Both the position numbers and the translations under genes were made by a program. 34,421 bases of DNA from a bacterium (GTDB lineage: Bacteria; JACRDZ01; JAJRWM01). Shown one piece after another: positions 31,675 to 34,421 of this stretch. The notes beneath the pieces were generated by a model. The model saw only the letters and a list, made by a program, of their open reading frames with translations, did not search any database and was not told where the DNA came from. The stretch covers positions 1 through 34,421 of the forward strand of contig JAJRWM010000118.1 of the NCBI GenBank assembly GCA_024276815.1, read 5' to 3'. Positions within the stretch are counted from its first letter, which is position 1. Every line of letters starts with the position of its first letter.

Positions 31675-32674
31675 AACAGGCCTGACCCAGAGCAAGCTTA
31701 ACCGCGCTCAGGAGATCGTCCCTTTTCACGCTGGCGGCGCCGACCTCGGCAACCGCGATTCCGGCGGCGTGGTTAGCCAGGAAGGCGGCTTCCTTAAGAC
31801 TGGCCCCGGCTGAAATCGCGAGCGCGAAAACACCGGTGACCGTATCGCCGGCGCCGGTAACATCATAAACTTCGCGAGCCACCGTCGGAATCATGATGTA
31901 TTCATCTCCCCGGAACAGGGCCATTCCCTCTTCGCCGCGGGTAATCAGGACCGCTTCGCAATCCAGCAGCGCAAGTAAGTGTTTACCGGCTTCTACCAGG
32001 CTGGCATCGTCAACGATGTCAATACCGCTCATTTGCCCGGCCTCAAGGTGATTGGGCGTGATAACGGTTACTTTTTTATAATGTTTAAAGTGCGTGACCT
32101 GGGGATCGACAATTACCGGAATTCTGTTTTCATGGGCGGTGTTAATAATATCGTTGATCAATCGCGGGCTGACGACTCCTTTGGCGTAATCCGAAATCAC
32201 GACCGCCTGGATAGCGGGTATGACGTTCAAGATGCCGGCGACCAGCTCCTGTTGGACCGACGGGCCAAGTTCCCGCTTGACCTCATAGTCCACCCTGACC
32301 ACCTGCTGGCTGTGGGCGATTATCCTGGTCTTCAAGGTGGTCGGCCTTTCACAGTCAACGATGATGCTCTGACAGTCAACCTGTTTTTCCTTGAGATCGG
32401 CTAAAAGCCGTTGGCCGATACTGTCATTTCCCAGCGCCCCGGCCAAAGCGACTCCCCCGCCCAGGGATTTTATGTTTTGGGCCACGTTGGCCGCCCCGCC
32501 CCAGGAGAAGGTTTCTTTCTCGACATTGACAATCGGCACCGGCGCTTCCGGCGAGATCCGGTTGACTTTACCCCAGATGTACTTGTCAACGATAATATCG
32601 CCAATGACCAGTATCCTGGCTGAACTGAACTTCAGGCAAAGCCGTTCGAGTTTTTCGAAGGTAATATTATTCAT
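31661..32674 (-). CDS. rfaE1: D-glycero-beta-D-manno-heptose-7-phosphate kinase (RfaE domain I)
   Basis: RISPEAPVP, GGAANVA, SDYAKG, TPN..EA, DVTGAGDTV; likely start at 32674. Confidence 0.93.
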
Positions 32675-32687
32675 TGATAGTTTCCGT

Positions 32688-33275
32688 TCATTCGTCGTCC
32701 CCATCGCCCAGGACCGCTTCTTCAACCAGGCCGCAGATAATATGCCCGACGGCGATGTGACCTTCCTGGATACGGGGAGTATCCTCGCTGGGTATTTTGA
32801 TTACCAGGTCCGCGACTTTATCCAGTTTGCCCCGCCTGGCCCCGGTAAGGGCGATCGTTTTGCCGCCTAACTGATTAGCCCAGTCCAGGGCTAACAGAAT
32901 GTTCGGGGAATTGCCGCTGGTGCTGATGCCGACGAAGACATCCTCCGGCCTTCCCAGGGCTTCCACCTGCCGCGCGAAAACTGTCTCGTAACCGAAATCG
33001 TTTGAAACCGCGGTCAGGATGGAGGCGTTGGTGGTTAAAGCTATCGCCGGCAGACCCCGCCGGTGACTCTTGAAACGACCGACTATTTCAGCGGCGATAT
33101 GCTGGGCGTCAGCGGCGCTGCCGCCGTTGCCAAAAAGCACCAGTTTGCCGCCGCCCTTGATGGCTTCGACTATCAACCCCGCCGCTTTTTTTATCTCTTC
33201 GGTCAGGCTTCTCGACATTTCTTCGAGGACAGAAGCGCTGGCTAATAGTTGCTCCTTGATTTGATTCTGACTCAT
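32688..33275 (-). CDS. gmhA: Sedoheptulose-7-phosphate isomerase
   Basis: GNGGSAADAQHIAAE, NDFGY, STSGNSPN, TPRIQEGH. Confidence 0.96.
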   Translation of the reverse strand: MSQNQIKEQLLASASVLEEMSRSLTEEIKKAAGLIVEAIKGGGKLVLFGNGGSAADAQHIAAEIVGRFKSHRRGLPAIALTTNASILTAVSNDFGYETVFARQVEALGRPEDVFVGISTSGNSPNILLALDWANQLGGKTIALTGARRGKLDKVADLVIKIPSEDTPRIQEGHIAVGHIICGLVEEAVLGDGDDE

Positions 33276-33278
33276 AAT

Positions 33279-34217
33279 TTAATCTCCCTGAAGTTCGCTC
33301 AGTATTCCATAATAGATCAAGGGAAACATCAACTCGTGCTGCCCGATGAAGTTAAAACCCTGCCCGCCGCTTTCCGTCGGCCGGTTGACCACATTAACCC
33401 GCGGGCGGTAGTGATAGACCATATCAAAGTTGGCCGTCGTAAAATTATCGACTTCAAAGCCGCAGTTTCTGGCGGTGGTTAACGCTTTCAGAAACACCTC
33501 GGGCAGGATGACGGCCGAACCAAAATTAATGATTATTCCCTCTTCCAGTTGACTGACCACGCTGATAAAGCGCCTGAAGTCCTGGTAGCTGGCCTGCCCG
33601 ATCGCGCCGCCGTCAGCGTGGGGGGACTGGTGGATAATATCCGTGCCCAGCGCGACATGCACGGTCAGCGGGATATCACTCTCAAAGGCCGCGGCCAGGA
33701 TGCTTTTGTCTTTATGGGGATAATCGCTCTCAGCGATCAGTTGTCCCAGAGAGTAACCGGCTCCCAGCCTTCCCCGGTCTTTCCAGCAATTATTAATTAC
33801 CTGAGCGGTTTCCTCAGCCATGCCAAAACGGCCGTTTTGCAGACCGTCGCTGACTTCCTCGCTGGTGGCTCCGTTGCAGGCGATCTCAAAGTCGTGAATC
33901 GCGCCGGCCCCGTTAAGCGCGACCGCGGTAATTATATTACGCTTGATAAGGTCGATCACCATCGGCGAAAGACCGCACTTAATGACGTGAGCGCCCATCA
34001 TCAGGATGACCTTTTTTTGTTTGTTGACAGCGCGCGCCCACAGGTCAAGAAATTTACGAAAGTCTATACCAATCAACTGATTGGGGAGGGAATTCAGGAA
34101 GCCTTTCAGGGAAAAGCTTTGGTTTAAAGAGACAAAATCATTGACGGAAACCTTGTTTTTCCGCTCTGCCAAAGGATAAGTGGACACCTTACCTAAATTA
34201 AAAAAATCCTCGGCCAT
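33279..34217 (-). CDS. Conserved protein of unknown function (GSU2086-like, deoxyhypusine-synthase-like fold)
   Basis: MGAHVIKCG, NGAGAIHDFE, TSEEV, FGMAEET, GTDIIH, GSAVILPEVFLKAL, GQHELMFP; adjacent to gmhA/rfaE. Family name is from recollection, not a search. Confidence 0.6.
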   Translation of the reverse strand: MAEDFFNLGKVSTYPLAERKNKVSVNDFVSLNQSFSLKGFLNSLPNQLIGIDFRKFLDLWARAVNKQKKVILMMGAHVIKCGLSPMVIDLIKRNIITAVALNGAGAIHDFEIACNGATSEEVSDGLQNGRFGMAEETAQVINNCWKDRGRLGAGYSLGQLIAESDYPHKDKSILAAAFESDIPLTVHVALGTDIIHQSPHADGGAIGQASYQDFRRFISVVSQLEEGIIINFGSAVILPEVFLKALTTARNCGFEVDNFTTANFDMVYHYRPRVNVVNRPTESGGQGFNFIGQHELMFPLIYYGILSELQGD

Positions 34218-34241
34218 AGATTTCTCCGGTAGTTTAATAAG

Positions 34242-34271
34242 ATGCTATCATTTTTCGTGCCAACCTGTCAA
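34242..34271 (-). promoter_or_regulatory. Sigma70 promoter at the head of the long minus-strand gene run, with an embedded sigma54-like box
   Basis: Minus strand TTGACA-18 nt-TAGCAT with TGn; spacer contains TGGCACG-AAAA-ATGA (34262-34248). Confidence 0.6.
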
Positions 34272-34281
34272 CGTCACCAAA

Positions 34282-34353
34282 ATTGGAGTTCCCCCGGAAA
34301 TTTTGTGGGGCAAACCTCTTGTCTTAAAAGGTTTCTTCCCCACGCCCCTTTCC
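34282..34353. repeat. Dispersed palindromic (REP/MITE-like) repeat, copy 2
   Basis: Matches 1-38; continues as stem GTGGGG-C-AAACCT...AGGTTT-CTT-CCCCAC. Confidence 0.65.
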
Positions 34354-34421
34354 AGGCGAGCCGTGCGTGTCGTTCAAGCACTAAAAACTTTAAAAGTTAA
34401 TAATATCTGTATTTATTGCAG

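Overview
Gene-dense chromosomal segment (about 52% GC by eye) of a diderm, LPS-producing bacterium; the lineage cannot be assigned from the sequence alone. Nearly all genes lie on the minus strand. A tightly coupled run of about 22.5 kb (34217->11714) contains a GSU2086-like protein, gmhA, split rfaE1/rfaE2, pyrG, kdsC, lptA, lptB, rpoN, hpf, ptsN, hprK, rapZ, yvcK, a mannose-family PTS (IIA, IIB, an inserted GH57 enzyme, IIC, IID), HPr, enzyme I, PGI/PMI and a GDP-mannose pyrophosphorylase/PMM fusion. Downstream are a lone plus-strand gspN-like gene, an NDP-sugar epimerase, a PpiC lipoprotein, eno, pyk, two DUF2723 (TMEM260-like) membrane glycosyltransferases and a YgiQ radical SAM gene. The most striking observation is that three unrelated, otherwise intact genes (ygiQ, ptsI, rpoN) each carry one in-frame TAA/TAG where family motifs call for (ygiQ, ptsI) or allow (rpoN) Glu (GAA/GAG), while TAA/TAG also end other genes. 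This is either context-dependent stop-to-Glu readthrough or a G>T mutational/sequencing signature; the sequence alone cannot decide. Non-coding features include REP-like palindromes flanking pyk, a long nested hairpin in the pyk leader, a sigma54-like box inside the sigma70 promoter of the rpoN-containing gene run, and a repeat shared by both window ends.
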